Shown: positions 36,474-51,081, counted from the stretch's first letter. The stretch: 64,000 nucleotides of DNA from an uncultured Collinsella sp. (GCA_937989875.1 CALKBO010000028.1:1616-65615), one strand, 5' to 3'. Notes: generated from the sequence alone by a model not told the origin. Numbers and translations: made by a program.

Positions 36474-36731
36474 ATGGCACACAAAAAAGGACTCGGTTCC
36501 TCCCGTAATGGCCGTGACTCCCGCGGTCAGCGCCTTGGCACGAAGCGCTATGCCGGCCAGACGGTAACCACGGGCACGATTCTCGTCCGTCAGCACGGCA
36601 CGCACATCCACCCGGGTGAGAACGTTGGTCGTGGCAAGGACGACACGCTGTTCGCGCTGGTCGACGGTACCGTTGAGTTCCACAAGGGTATCAAGCACAG
36701 GGTCAGCGTACGCCCGCTCGCGAACGCGTAA
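36474..36731 (+). CDS. rpmA: 50S ribosomal protein L27
   Basis: [16 protein letters not shown]... with no N-terminal propeptide. Confidence 0.96.
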   Translation: MAHKKGLGSSRNGRDSRGQRLGTKRYAGQTVTTGTILVRQHGTHIHPGENVGRGKDDTLFALVDGTVEFHKGIKHRVSVRPLANA

Positions 36732-36804
36732 TTCACCCTTCATAGAGCACATATGTGGGAGGCACTTGAGTTTTAGGATTCAAGGGTCTCCCTCTTTTTT
36801 GTAG

Positions 36805-38283
<1,479 letters not shown>

Positions 38284-38286
38284 GCC

Positions 38287-38964
38287 ATGTCGCTGCGCGG
38301 TGGAATCGGTTTGCCCGAGCTTCCTCTAGAGGACGGGCAGGAGTTTAGGCTCGGCATTATGGGTGGCACCTTTGATCCCATCCATTACGGGCACCTGGTG
38401 ACCGCCGAGCAAGCGCGCGAGTCGCTCGACTTGGACGCTGTGCTCTTTATGCCGGCGGGCTCTCCTGCCTTTAAGCTTGATAAGCCGGTGACGCCTGCCG
38501 AGGACCGTTATGCCATGACGGTCCTCGCCACCGCCGCGAACCCGGCCTTTTTGGCGAGCCGGTTCGAGATCGACCGCCCGGGCGTAACCTATACGGCCGA
38601 TACGCTTCATGCCCTTCGCGACTTTTACCCGCCGCAGGTAAAGCTCTACTTTATTACGGGCGCCGACGCGATTATCGATATCGTGACCTGGCATGATGCC
38701 GAACGAATCGCTGAGCTTGCTACCTTTATTGCGGCGACACGACCGGGCTTTGATATCGATACGGCGCGTGCCCGAATCAAAGAGTCGGGGCTGCCGTTCG
38801 ACGTGCGCTATATTCAGATTCCAGCGTTGGCGATCAGCTCGACGAACATTCGTAAGCGAGTTGCCCGCGGTATGAGCGTGCGCTATCTTACGAGCGAGTC
38901 CGTGCTCGGCTACATTCGCAAACGCAGGCTATATGCCGATTTGGGCCAAGAAGATTTTGAGTGA
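38287..38964 (+). CDS. nadD: Nicotinate-nucleotide adenylyltransferase
   Basis: GIMGGTFDPIHYGH and ISSTNIR motifs. Confidence 0.92.
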   Translation: MSLRGGIGLPELPLEDGQEFRLGIMGGTFDPIHYGHLVTAEQARESLDLDAVLFMPAGSPAFKLDKPVTPAEDRYAMTVLATAANPAFLASRFEIDRPGVTYTADTLHALRDFYPPQVKLYFITGADAIIDIVTWHDAERIAELATFIAATRPGFDIDTARARIKESGLPFDVRYIQIPALAISSTNIRKRVARGMSVRYLTSESVLGYIRKRRLYADLGQEDFE

Positions 38965-38976
38965 TGGGGGTCTACG

Positions 38977-39585
38977 TTGTCGGTAGAGGATCAGTTTGAG
39001 GGCGATGAGCGCGCGCTGCTCAAGCGCATTCAAGAGCTGCTCGATGTTCGCATGAAGGATAAGCGCAAGCGCTATGTGCATTCGCTGGGTGTTGCCGAGA
39101 CCGCACTTCATCTGGCCGAGGTCTACGGCGTTGACCGCTTTGATGCCGCTGCCGCCGGACTGATCCATGACTGGGACAAAGTGCTCTCCGACGACGAGCT
39201 GGTCACGCGCGCTCTGCATTACGGCATTAAGATTGCCGGCTCTCCTTCCGCCGCGACGCCGCTTTTGCATGGCCCTGTTGCCGCCTATGAGCTTCCGCAG
39301 CTTTTCCCCGAGTTGTCGCCGGCCGTTTTCCAGGCTGTCGACCGTCACACCGTGGGCGCCTGCGACATGACGCCGCTCGATATGGTGGTCTTTGTGGCCG
39401 ATGCCATCGAGCCCAACCGCCACGGCGACTATGCCCATGCGCTGCGCAAGATGGTGGGGGAGTCGACGCTCGACGAGTTGTTCTTCTCCTGTTTTGCGCA
39501 GGGTCTGGTCTACGTGATCCAGTCCGGGCGCTATCTTTATCCCACGGCTATTTCGATTTACAACCATTACGCCCAGCTACGCTAG
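38977..39585 (+). CDS. yqeK: HD-domain protein YqeK (bis(5'-nucleosyl)-tetraphosphatase type)
   Basis: The RYVHSLGV...LIHDWDK HD motif and the conserved nadD-yqeK-rsfS order. Confidence 0.85.
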   Translation: MSVEDQFEGDERALLKRIQELLDVRMKDKRKRYVHSLGVAETALHLAEVYGVDRFDAAAAGLIHDWDKVLSDDELVTRALHYGIKIAGSPSAATPLLHGPVAAYELPQLFPELSPAVFQAVDRHTVGACDMTPLDMVVFVADAIEPNRHGDYAHALRKMVGESTLDELFFSCFAQGLVYVIQSGRYLYPTAISIYNHYAQLR

Positions 39586-39612
39586 TTCGGGCTGTCTAGA
39601 AAGAGGTATTCC

Positions 39613-40068
39613 ATGGCCGACGAGACCATGACCGACGAGCAGATTCTTGAACGTGTGGAGCACAAGAGCTTCGTTGCCACGTCCGACCGCACCGCTGCCT
39701 CGCTGTCCGCGAGCGGTGTCGCCGCCGAGGATGTCGCCCGCGCCGCCGCGCAGGCTGCCTACGACAAGAAGGGCGAGGACGTTCAGGTGCTCGACCTGAC
39801 CGAGCTTTCCGACGTATGCGACTACTTTGTGCTTGCCACCGGTACCAACAACCGCCAGGTCGATTCTATCGTCGACGAGATCGAGGAGAAGGTCGCCGAG
39901 GCTTGCGGCGAGCATCCATTCTCCATCGAGGGCCGCGAGCAGAAGACCTGGATGCTCATGGACTACGGTTCGGTTGTCGTCCACGTCTTCACTCCCGAAG
40001 CCCGCGACTTCTACCGCCTCGAGAAACTCTGGGGAGACGCCCCCCAGCTCCCCCTCAACCTCCTCTAG
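39613..40068 (+). CDS. rsfS: Ribosome silencing factor RsfS
   Basis: DKKGEDVQVLDL...DYFVLATG...WMLMDYGSVVVHVF...Y.LE.LW pattern. Confidence 0.9.
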   Translation: MADETMTDEQILERVEHKSFVATSDRTAASLSASGVAAEDVARAAAQAAYDKKGEDVQVLDLTELSDVCDYFVLATGTNNRQVDSIVDEIEEKVAEACGEHPFSIEGREQKTWMLMDYGSVVVHVFTPEARDFYRLEKLWGDAPQLPLNLL

Positions 40069-40101
40069 TAGCTCATTTGAGACGGGGTTAGCTACCCTCA
40101 C

Positions 40102-40141
40102 GCATATCGCCGGGCAGTTGCGGTTTTCCGCACCTGCCCCG
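40102..40141 (+). terminator. Terminator after rsfS (convergent with dinB)
   Basis: gggcagttgcgg-tttt-ccgcacctgccc is an interrupted stem, followed by gctttcttttt. Confidence 0.5.
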
Positions 40142-40163
40142 CTTTCTTTTTGCCCAAAGGCGG

Positions 40164-41417
40164 TTAATCGTTGAAACGGGATTGGCGGCCGAAGGAAAGG
40201 GCGGTGTCGCCGAATTTGTCTCGGACGGCGTCGATAGCGACGGAGAGGTCGCGGCGGTCGCTGGATTGGGCTCCGCGGTCATCGATCTCACAGAACAGGT
40301 CGGTCTGGATGCCGCCTTGGTGATCGAAGTCGCTCATGCCGATGCCCGCTAAGCGAACATGCATGCCTTCCTGCCAGATGTTGTCGAGCAGCTCGAGCGC
40401 TACGGCAACAAAGATATTCTCGTCATCGGTGGGGTGTGGAAGCCGCCGCTGCGCCGAGCGTCCGCTGCCATACGAGTATTTGAGCTTGAGCGTCACCGTG
40501 GCGCCCGTCAGTCCCTGACGGCGCAGGCGGCGTCCAACCGACTCGCCCAACAGCGCAATCGCCGCTTTGATGTCCCCGCGCTCAGTCAAATCTTTAGCAA
40601 AGGTGCGTTCATTGCTGACCGACTTGACCTCGCGCTCTTCATCGAGACTCGTGACTTCGGAGATTTCGAGTCCCAGCGCACGCTGACGCATGCGCTCGCC
40701 GTTGACGCCAAAAATAGAGGCCAAGGTGGATTCCGGTGCACGTGATAGCTCGCCGAGGGTGTAGATGCGCATGCGGCGCAGTCGCTCCTCGGCCGAGCGC
40801 CCGATGCCGCTCATGGCAGATACCGGCAGCGCGGCCAAAAAGCGCTGCTCGGTTCCGGGGCGCACAATCGTCAATCCAAACGGCTTGTCACGCTCGCTTG
40901 CGATCTTTGCGACCGTCTTGTTGCAGCCCACGCCAATGGAACAGGTCACTCCCAGCCCTGCCACGCGGTCGCTTATACGCCGCGCAACCAGCAACGGGTC
41001 TTCGGGCGCAAAGCGACCCGGTGTGATATCGATAAAGGCTTCGTCGATGGATACGCGCTCCACGCGCGGGGTCTCGTCGGCGAGAATCGCCATGACTTCC
41101 GCGCTCACCTCGCGGTAGCGATCAAAGTGCCCGTGCGTCCAAATGGCTTGCGGGCTCAAGCGCCGTGCCTCGGCCGAGGGCATGGCGGAGTGCACGCCAA
41201 AGCGACGTGCCTCATATGAACACGTGGACACGACGCCACGCGAATCGGCGTCTCCGCCCACGATGAGCGGTTTTCCGCGCCATTCGGGATGGTCGAGCAT
41301 CTCCACGCTCGCAAAAAACGCATCGAGGTCCATGAGGCCCACCGCCGGACCCGTCCAGGGAGGCGGCGTGACGCCTATGGCATCCTCATAACCGTATGTA
41401 TGTTCGCGTCTTTCCAT
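40164..41417 (-). CDS. dinB: DNA polymerase IV (Y-family)
   Basis: GLMDLDAFFASVE, SIDEAFIDIT and the little-finger region; 417 aa. Confidence 0.92.
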   Translation of the reverse strand: MERREHTYGYEDAIGVTPPPWTGPAVGLMDLDAFFASVEMLDHPEWRGKPLIVGGDADSRGVVSTCSYEARRFGVHSAMPSAEARRLSPQAIWTHGHFDRYREVSAEVMAILADETPRVERVSIDEAFIDITPGRFAPEDPLLVARRISDRVAGLGVTCSIGVGCNKTVAKIASERDKPFGLTIVRPGTEQRFLAALPVSAMSGIGRSAEERLRRMRIYTLGELSRAPESTLASIFGVNGERMRQRALGLEISEVTSLDEEREVKSVSNERTFAKDLTERGDIKAAIALLGESVGRRLRRQGLTGATVTLKLKYSYGSGRSAQRRLPHPTDDENIFVAVALELLDNIWQEGMHVRLAGIGMSDFDHQGGIQTDLFCEIDDRGAQSSDRRDLSVAIDAVRDKFGDTALSFGRQSRFND

Positions 41418-41618
41418 GTCATGAGTATACCGCGCAGCTCATGTGGGGTGCGTGTATGTGCTTGCAAATCCCGAATTCTTGTCTAAGATATGGATTTGCC
41501 CTCGACTACACCGAAGAAGTTGGTCTCACGGACTTCACCTGCCCGCGTCGATGGCGTATTATGTTCAACTGTTTGTTTGTAGTTGCAGCCTAAAGCTGCT
41601 TGGTTGGAGGAGTTTCCT

Positions 41619-41960
41619 TTGGCAGTCAAGATTCGCCTTGCTCGTCACGGCGCTAAGAAGCGTCCGTACTACCGTGTCGTCGTCGCCGATTCCCGCGCCC
41701 CGCGTGACGGTCGTATCATCGAGGAGGTTGGCCGCTACAACCCGATGACCGCCCCCAAGACCATCAACCTCGACCTCGAGAAGATCGCCGACTGGCAGTC
41801 CAAGGGCGCTCAGCTCACCGACGCCGTCGCCGCTCTGGTCAAGGCCGCCAACGAGGGCGAGAAGACCGAGACCGTCGTCAAGAAGTCCAAGAAGCAGCTC
41901 GCCAAAGAGGCCGAGGCCGCTAAGGCTGCCGCTGAGGCCGCTGAGGGCGCCGAGGAGTAA
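41619..41960 (+). CDS. rpsP: 30S ribosomal protein S16 (with C-terminal extension)
   Basis: [26 protein letters not shown] 41619 is preceded by ggagg. The longer 41583 start is unlikely. Confidence 0.92.
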   Translation: MAVKIRLARHGAKKRPYYRVVVADSRAPRDGRIIEEVGRYNPMTAPKTINLDLEKIADWQSKGAQLTDAVAALVKAANEGEKTETVVKKSKKQLAKEAEAAKAAAEAAEGAEE

Positions 41961-42002
41961 ATCGTGCCTGAGGTTGACGCTGCACAGCTCGAGGGTGAGG
42001 CA

Positions 42003-42248
42003 ATGCTCTCAGATCGCATCGCCGATCTCGTCGAATATCTCGTTGTTCAGATCGTCGACGACCCGGATTCCGTGAGCCTTGAGGTCATCGATGGTGACGA
42101 CGCCTCTACGATTGAGGTTTCGGTCGCCGAGGATGACGTCGCTAAGGTCATCGGCCGTCGTGGCCGTACCATCAAGGCCATTCGCACGCTCGCCCGTGCA
42201 CTGGCCGCTCGCCTCGACACTGCTGTCGAGGTAGAGGTTCTGGGCTAG
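42003..42248 (+). CDS. KH-domain RNA-binding protein (YlqC family)
   Basis: VIGRRGRTIKAIRTLAR is a GxxG KH motif. ATG 42003 is preceded by gagggtgagg. The ORF track start GTG 41964 is an alternative. Confidence 0.85.
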   Translation: MLSDRIADLVEYLVVQIVDDPDSVSLEVIDGDDASTIEVSVAEDDVAKVIGRRGRTIKAIRTLARALAARLDTAVEVEVLG

Positions 42249-42252
42249 GACC

Positions 42253-42774
42253 TTGAGGTCCCAGTACAAAAACATCGCCCGTGTGGTCAAGCCGCACGGA
42301 AGGAAGGGGGAGGTCCTCGCGCAGCCGCTGCGGGGGCTTCCTTCTGTATTAGAGCCGGGCATGCACGTAGCCCTGACGCCGCCGGCGCTCAAGCGCGACC
42401 GCTTTTGCACGGTCGTGTCCGTCACCGATACGGGCGATGGCGATCTGGTCTCGTTTGAGGGTATTGACGACTTGACGGCCGCCGAGGGCATCACGGGATG
42501 CTATGTGCTGGCAAATCGCGACGACTTTGAGCTCGATTCGCTCGACGCTGCCTATACCGACCTGATGGGTCGCGAGGTGGTCGACGAGCGCTTCGGTTCG
42601 CTCGGCACGATCGTCGAGATCATGTCGACGCCCGCTAACGATGTTTGGGTTGTCGAGGGCGATCGGTACGGCGAGGTACTGATTCCCGTGATCGAGCAGG
42701 TTGTGCTCGATCTTCCCGACACAGGAACAATTTCCGTCCACGTTATGGACGGCCTGATCGATATGGACAAGTAG
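42253..42774 (+). CDS. rimM: 16S rRNA processing protein RimM
   Basis: ARVVKPHGRKGEV and a PRC-barrel C-terminus, located between the KH gene and trmD. Confidence 0.88.
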   Translation: MRSQYKNIARVVKPHGRKGEVLAQPLRGLPSVLEPGMHVALTPPALKRDRFCTVVSVTDTGDGDLVSFEGIDDLTAAEGITGCYVLANRDDFELDSLDAAYTDLMGREVVDERFGSLGTIVEIMSTPANDVWVVEGDRYGEVLIPVIEQVVLDLPDTGTISVHVMDGLIDMDK

Positions 42775-42784
42775 GGAGGACAAC

Positions 42785-43543
42785 ATGCTGATCGAGACCC
42801 TTTCGGTCTTTCCCGAGATGTTTGAGCCCGTCATGTCCACATCGATCTTGGGCCGCGCCCGCAAGGCCGGCCTTTTTGATTTTAAGGCGTATAACCTGCG
42901 CGACTGGACGCACGACCGCCATCGTACCGTCGATGACGAGCCGTACGGCGGCGGGCAGGGCATGCTCATGAAGGTCGAGCCTATCGCAGAGGCCATCGAG
43001 GCCATTAGCGCAGAGGGTCCCAGGCCTACTGTGGTGTTCTTTACCCCCTGTGGCGAGCCCTTTACGCAGCATGTGGCCGAGCGCCTGCTCAAAAGTGAGC
43101 GCCTGCTGTTTGTGTGCAGCCGCTACGAGGGCGTCGACGAGCGTGCGTATGCGTATGCCGATGAGCGTCTGTCGATCGGCGACTACGTGCTTACGGGTGG
43201 CGAACTTCCCGCTATGGTCGTTGCCGATGCCGTCGTACGCCTGATTCCCGGCGCCCTGGGCGACGAGATGAGCAATGTGGACGAGTCATTCTCGACCGCC
43301 GAGGACGGAGGCCTGCTCGAGTACGCGCAGTACACCCGTCCCGCCGAGTTCAACGGCGAGGGCGTGCCGCCGGTGCTTGTGAGCGGCGATCACGCCAAGG
43401 TCGATGCCTGGCGCCGTAAGAATGCCATCGAGCGCACCTGCCGCTGGCGTCCCGACCTGATCGAGACGGCGCGCCTTACGCCACAGGAGCGTGCGTACGC
43501 GCAGGAGATTCTGGACGCTTCGTATTCGCAGAGCGAGGAGTGA
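42785..43543 (+). CDS. trmD: tRNA (guanine37-N1)-methyltransferase
   Basis: DDEPYGGGQGMLM, CSRYEGVDER and GDYVLTGGELPAMV motifs. Confidence 0.95.
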   Translation: MLIETLSVFPEMFEPVMSTSILGRARKAGLFDFKAYNLRDWTHDRHRTVDDEPYGGGQGMLMKVEPIAEAIEAISAEGPRPTVVFFTPCGEPFTQHVAERLLKSERLLFVCSRYEGVDERAYAYADERLSIGDYVLTGGELPAMVVADAVVRLIPGALGDEMSNVDESFSTAEDGGLLEYAQYTRPAEFNGEGVPPVLVSGDHAKVDAWRRKNAIERTCRWRPDLIETARLTPQERAYAQEILDASYSQSEE

Positions 43544-43545
43544 GA

Positions 43546-44109
43546 ATGGTTCCATCGCAGCATTCCGCGTTGAGGGGCGCTTTTGAGTGGATCGCGGTCA
43601 TCGCGATCGCACTGGTCGCCACCTTCTTGATTCGCTCGTTTGTGGTCGAGCCCTTTGTGGTGCCCACCGGCTCCATGGAGTCCACGATTGAGATTGGCGA
43701 CCAGATCCTGGCACAAAAGGTGAGCCTCGAGCTCGGTCAGCCCGTCAAGCAGGGCGATATCGTGGTGTTTCACAACCCCGATGGCACCTCCGAGCATGAT
43801 GTTCTTGTCAAGCGTGTTATTGCCACGGCCGGCCAGACGGTTGACCTGCAGGATGGCAAGGTGGTTGTTGACGGCCAAGCGCTCGACGAGGACTATACGA
43901 CGGGCATGAGCTGGCCACTTTCGGTCCAAGCGCCCGGCGCTCAGGTAAGCTATCCCTACACCGTTCCCGACGGGTGCGTGTGGGTGATGGGCGACAACCG
44001 CGAAAACTCTGCCGACTCACGCTACTTTGGTCCCGTCGATCGCTCTGATTTGATCGCTGTGGCACTCGTTCGCTACTGGCCGCTCAACCGCATCGGCGCT
44101 ATCGACTAA
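43546..44109 (+). CDS. lepB: Signal peptidase I
   Basis: PTGSMESTI (catalytic Ser box), VKRVIA (Lys box) and VMGDNRENSADSRYFG. ATG 43546 follows gaggag; GTG 43540 is an alternative start. Confidence 0.92.
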   Translation: MVPSQHSALRGAFEWIAVIAIALVATFLIRSFVVEPFVVPTGSMESTIEIGDQILAQKVSLELGQPVKQGDIVVFHNPDGTSEHDVLVKRVIATAGQTVDLQDGKVVVDGQALDEDYTTGMSWPLSVQAPGAQVSYPYTVPDGCVWVMGDNRENSADSRYFGPVDRSDLIAVALVRYWPLNRIGAID

Positions 44110-44168
44110 AAACCGCTATAGTACAGTACCTAACCGTGTAATCGTTTCGACGAGGGGATATTAGAGGC

Positions 44169-45080
44169 ATGAACGCTTCATCGCTTTCCTTCCAAGACAT
44201 CATCCTGCGCCTCCAGCAGTACTGGGGCGAGCAGGGCTGCGTCATTATGCAGCCCTATGACTCCGAGGTCGGTGCCGGTACCTTCCATACCGCGACCACG
44301 CTGCGCTCGCTCGGTCCCGCCGAGTGGCGCACCTGCTATGCGCAGCCCTGCCGCCGTCCCGCTGACGGCCGCTACGGCGAGAACCCCAACCGCATGCAGC
44401 ACTACTATCAGTTCCAGGTGCTCATCAAGCCCTCGCCGGTCAACGCCCAGGAGCTCTACCTGGGTTCGCTGGCCGCCATTGGCTTGGACCCCAACGACCA
44501 TGACGTCCGTTTTGTCGAGGACGACTGGGAGAGCCCGACGCTCGGCGCCTGGGGCCTTGGCTGGGAGGTCTGGCTCAACGGCATGGAGGTCACGCAGTTT
44601 ACGTACTTCCAGCAGGTGGGCGGCATCGAGGTTGACCCCGTGCCCGTCGAGATCACCTACGGCCTGGAGCGTATCGCCATGTACGCCCAGGGCGTCAACT
44701 CGGTCTACGACCTGGTGTGGAGCTACCTGCCCGACGGCACGCCCATGACCTATGGCGACGTGTTCCTCGAGAACGAGCGCGAGTTCAGTGCCTATAACTT
44801 TGAGGTCGCCAACGTCGAGATGATGCGTCAGAAGTTTGACGACTACGAGGCCGAGTGCCACTCCTGCCTGGAGCGCAAGCTTCCGCTGCCGGCGTACGAC
44901 TGCGTCATGAAGTGCAGCCATGCCTTCAACCTGCTCGATGCCCGCGGCGCGTTGTCCGCGGTCGAGCGTGCCAACTACATCCTGCGCGTCCGCGCCGTCG
45001 CCAAGGCGTGCTGCGAGGCCTACATGGCCGAGGTCGCCGGAGTCAACGAGAATGCCGACCAGGAAGGCGAGGTGGCGTAA
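44169..45080 (+). CDS. glyQ: Glycine--tRNA ligase alpha subunit
   Basis: [24 protein letters not shown]... is highly conserved GlyQ sequence. Confidence 0.96.
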   Translation: MNASSLSFQDIILRLQQYWGEQGCVIMQPYDSEVGAGTFHTATTLRSLGPAEWRTCYAQPCRRPADGRYGENPNRMQHYYQFQVLIKPSPVNAQELYLGSLAAIGLDPNDHDVRFVEDDWESPTLGAWGLGWEVWLNGMEVTQFTYFQQVGGIEVDPVPVEITYGLERIAMYAQGVNSVYDLVWSYLPDGTPMTYGDVFLENEREFSAYNFEVANVEMMRQKFDDYEAECHSCLERKLPLPAYDCVMKCSHAFNLLDARGALSAVERANYILRVRAVAKACCEAYMAEVAGVNENADQEGEVA

Positions 45081-45083
45081 GCC

Positions 45084-47180
45084 ATGGCAGACGCTAAGGA
45101 TTTCCTGTTTGAGATCGGTACGGAGGAAATGCCCTCCGCGCCGCTGAACAATGCCGTCAAGCAGCTTGGCACCATGATCGCCAAGGGTCTCGATGAGGCC
45201 GGTCTGGCCCACGGCGAGGTCCGCGTGATCTCGAGCCCGCGTCGTCTGGCTGCACTCGTTGCCAACGTCGCCACCGCGACCGATGAGGTTCACGAGGTCA
45301 AGCGTGGCCCCGCGGCCAACATTGCCTTCGACGCTGACGGTAACGCCACCAAGGCCGCCCAGGGCTTTGCCCGCAAGTGCGGTGTGGCTGCCGAGGACCT
45401 GGTCCGTCGCGAGGACACCGACGGTCGCGAGTATGTGTTCGCCGAGAAGAACATTCCCTCCGCACCGGCTACGCCGATTCTGACCGCCCTGTGCGAGAAG
45501 ACTATCGCCGGCCTGCAGTGGCCCAACTACCGCAGCCAGCGCTGGGGCCACGAGCACGCTACGTTTGTTCGTCCGGTCCGTTGGATCTGCTGCCTTCTGG
45601 GCGAGGATGTTGTGCCCGTGTCGTTTGCCGACGTGACGAGCGGCAACACCACGCGTGGTCATCGCGTGCTTGGCCCCGGTGACCATGTGGTTGCCAGCCC
45701 CGCCGTCTACGAGCAGGTGCTTGAGGACGCCGGCGTGCTTTCTGCCGAGCGTCGTCGCGAGGCCATCCTTGCCGGTATCGCCGAGGTCGAGGCCGCTCGC
45801 CCCGGCTGTCATGTCGACACGCCCAAGAAGGTCTTCGAGGAGGTCATTAACCTCTGCGAGTGGCCGACGGTGCTCGTCGGTACCTTCGATGAGGAGTTCC
45901 TCAAGGTCCCGCACGAGATCATCTGCGAGTCCATGCTCACCAACCAGCGCTACTTCCCGATCTATGACGGCGAGGGCAAGCTCACGCGTGAGTTCGTGGT
46001 CGTCTCCAACAGCAAGCCTGAGAACGCCGAGCGCGTGATCGACGGCAACGAGCGCGTCGTGCGCGCCCGTCTGGACGACGCAAAGTTCTTCTACGAGGAG
46101 GACCTGAAGATCTCCCTCGACGAGTTCCGTGATCGTTTGGCCAAGGTTGCCTTCCAGGAGAAGCTCGGTAGCGTGCTCGCCAAGTCCGAGCGCATCGAGC
46201 AGCTCGCACTCGCTATTGCCCGTGAGGCTCATCTGGGCGCCCACCTGGCCGCCGATGCCGCTCGCGCCGCGCACCTGTGCAAGGCCGACCTGGTGTCTAA
46301 CGCCGTCGTTGAGTTCACGAGCCAGCAGGGCGTGATGGGCTGTTATTACGCGACCGCGATGGGGGAGAATGACGAGGTCGCCCATGCCATCCGCGATCAC
46401 TATCGTCCCCGCTTTGCCGGTGACGAGTTGCCCGAGGGCACCGCTGGCTGCATCGTGGCCTGCGCCGACAAGCTCGATACCATCGCCGGTATCTTTGCCA
46501 TCGGCGAGCCCCCGACCGGCTCCTCCGACCCCTACGCGCTGCGTCGTGCCGCTATCGGCATCATCAACATCCTGCGCGACCGCCTGCCGATCGACCCCAC
46601 GTCGCTCATCGACTTCGCCCTCGAGCTCTACAGTGAGCAGGGCATTGAGTTCGACGCCGCCGAGGTCGCCCAGCAGGTTCGTGACTTCTTCCATGGCCGC
46701 CTGGTGAGCATGGCCCGCGACGAAAAGATCCCGGCTGATACCGTTGCCGCCGTCTCCGCGGTGCACATCATCGCCCCGTCCGTCTTCTTCGCCCGCTGCG
46801 CCGCCCTCGACGAGGCCCGCAAGAACGATGCCGAGACCTTTGACAACCTGGCTACGGCCTATGCCCGTGCCGCGCATATCTCCAAGCCCGAGCTGGGCGC
46901 GGAGTACGACCGCAGCCTGATGGGCGAGGCCGAGCTCGCGCTTGCCGATGCTTCCGAGGCTGCTCAGACTGCTGTCGATGCTGCCCTTGCTGCCGAGGAC
47001 TACCCGGCCGCATTTGCCGCCCTCGCCGCCCTGCGCGCGCCCATCGACCGTTTCTTCGATGAGGTTATGGTCATGGACAAGGACGAGCAGCTCCGCGATA
47101 ATCGCCTTAAGCTGCTCAACCGCTTCGAGGCCGTTTTCTCCGGCATCGCCAACATCGGTGAGCTTGCCCGCAAAAAGTAA
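45084..47180 (+). CDS. glyS: Glycine--tRNA ligase beta subunit
   Basis: LLFEIGTEEMP-type N-terminus and 698 aa, immediately after glyQ. Confidence 0.95.
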   Translation: MADAKDFLFEIGTEEMPSAPLNNAVKQLGTMIAKGLDEAGLAHGEVRVISSPRRLAALVANVATATDEVHEVKRGPAANIAFDADGNATKAAQGFARKCGVAAEDLVRREDTDGREYVFAEKNIPSAPATPILTALCEKTIAGLQWPNYRSQRWGHEHATFVRPVRWICCLLGEDVVPVSFADVTSGNTTRGHRVLGPGDHVVASPAVYEQVLEDAGVLSAERRREAILAGIAEVEAARPGCHVDTPKKVFEEVINLCEWPTVLVGTFDEEFLKVPHEIICESMLTNQRYFPIYDGEGKLTREFVVVSNSKPENAERVIDGNERVVRARLDDAKFFYEEDLKISLDEFRDRLAKVAFQEKLGSVLAKSERIEQLALAIAREAHLGAHLAADAARAAHLCKADLVSNAVVEFTSQQGVMGCYYATAMGENDEVAHAIRDHYRPRFAGDELPEGTAGCIVACADKLDTIAGIFAIGEPPTGSSDPYALRRAAIGIINILRDRLPIDPTSLIDFALELYSEQGIEFDAAEVAQQVRDFFHGRLVSMARDEKIPADTVAAVSAVHIIAPSVFFARCAALDEARKNDAETFDNLATAYARAAHISKPELGAEYDRSLMGEAELALADASEAAQTAVDAALAAEDYPAAFAALAALRAPIDRFFDEVMVMDKDEQLRDNRLKLLNRFEAVFSGIANIGELARKK

Positions 47181-47214
47181 GCCAGCCTGCGCATAAGCGC
47201 AAAAGGAGCCCCGC

Positions 47215-48081
47215 ATGGATTGCCCGGTCACCGCTCGTCCCACCGTTATCGTTATCTCCGACTCGCTCGGTGATACCGCTTGTGAGGTGGTGCTTGCGGC
47301 GTCCGGGCAATTTGATGAAGGGGTTTTTCGCGTTTTGCGCCTGCCTAAGGTGACCTCCGTGGAGCAGGTCAAGTCATTTGTGGGGCCGCGCGTCGATGCC
47401 GACCATCGCGATATCGCCGTGTTCCACACCATTGTCGACCCGGCCCTTCGTGCTCGTGTGCTCGACTACTTGGGTATGTTGCATATTCGCTCGGTCGACC
47501 TGATCGGCCCGACGCTTGCCGTGCTGTCGTCGCTCATCGGTGTGCCGCCCAAGGGCGTTGCGGGCGTGATTCACAGGACCGATGACCGCTATTTCCATCG
47601 TATCGAGGCCATGGAGTATTTCGTTGAGCACGATGATGGACGCGGCTGCGACGATCTGTCGGGTGCCGATATCGTGCTGTTGCGCGTATCGCGCACGTCC
47701 AAGACGCCGCTGTCGATGTATTTGGCCTATCAAGGTTACAAGGTTGCTAATGTCCCTCTGGCGCACGGCATGGAGCCGCCGAAGTCGATTTACGAGGTTG
47801 ACCCGATGCGCCTGTTCGGCCTAATTTCGACCGTCGACGTTATTTCTGAGATTCGCGATAGCCGCTTGGGCGATGATTACGCCCGTGCCGTTGCCGGCTC
47901 CTATGCCGAGCCCGAGAGTGTGCGCAGCGAGCTCGAGGAAGCCCGTGCCCTCATGAAGCGCCTAGGCTGCTTTGTGGTGCGTACCGATGGCAAGGCGATC
48001 GAGGAGAGCGCATCCGAGATCATTAGCCACTTGGAGGAAATCCAAGAAGCCCGTGCCCGCCGCGCCGCCCGTCGAGCCTAA
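47215..48081 (+). CDS. Pyruvate, phosphate dikinase regulatory protein (bifunctional kinase/pyrophosphorylase, DUF299)
   Basis: IVISDSLGDTA and the VSRTSKTPLSMYLAYQGYKVANVPL P-loop region; adjacent to ppdK. Confidence 0.88.
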   Translation: MDCPVTARPTVIVISDSLGDTACEVVLAASGQFDEGVFRVLRLPKVTSVEQVKSFVGPRVDADHRDIAVFHTIVDPALRARVLDYLGMLHIRSVDLIGPTLAVLSSLIGVPPKGVAGVIHRTDDRYFHRIEAMEYFVEHDDGRGCDDLSGADIVLLRVSRTSKTPLSMYLAYQGYKVANVPLAHGMEPPKSIYEVDPMRLFGLISTVDVISEIRDSRLGDDYARAVAGSYAEPESVRSELEEARALMKRLGCFVVRTDGKAIEESASEIISHLEEIQEARARRAARRA

Positions 48082-48160
48082 TAGTAGCAGCATTTTGATA
48101 AAGCGATTTAGCAAAAATATCGCATCTGACCTGCACTTTCTTACAGTGGTATCTTCATAA

Positions 48161-48208
48161 GGTAACCACCTTTACCTACCGTTTACCGCCAGTTTTAGCA
48201 CGTTTACC
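48161..48208 (+). repeat. Array of (C/G)TTTACC repeats in the ppdK upstream region (candidate operator)
   Basis: ctttacc at 48170, gtttacc at 48181 and gtttacc at 48202, giving spacings of 11 and 21 nt. An inverted ggtaa lies at 48161-48165, and a further gttacc at 48288-48293. Confidence 0.4.
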
Positions 48209-48330
48209 AAACCGCGCATCCTCTGCTTAAGCCCGCTCAAAACCCGCCGTATAGTTCCCTCACGGCCCGCATTTGGCGGGTCGATTCGTTACCACGGTCG
48301 TGCGCGTAAGTGCATGAAAGGGGAAGTATC

Positions 48331-51081
<2,751 letters not shown>

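Noticed and set aside
44110-44168. Possible T-box leader upstream of glyQ (common in Firmicutes)
   Set aside because: The intergenic region is only 59 nt and lacks the T-box consensus or specifier-loop architecture.
44178-47432. 1084-aa ORF on the minus strand spanning glyQ and glyS
   Set aside because: It is antisense to two strongly recognisable genes. The translation is low-complexity (Gly/Ala/Arg/Leu/Val-rich) with no motifs. Long stop-free antisense frames are expected in very GC-rich coding DNA.
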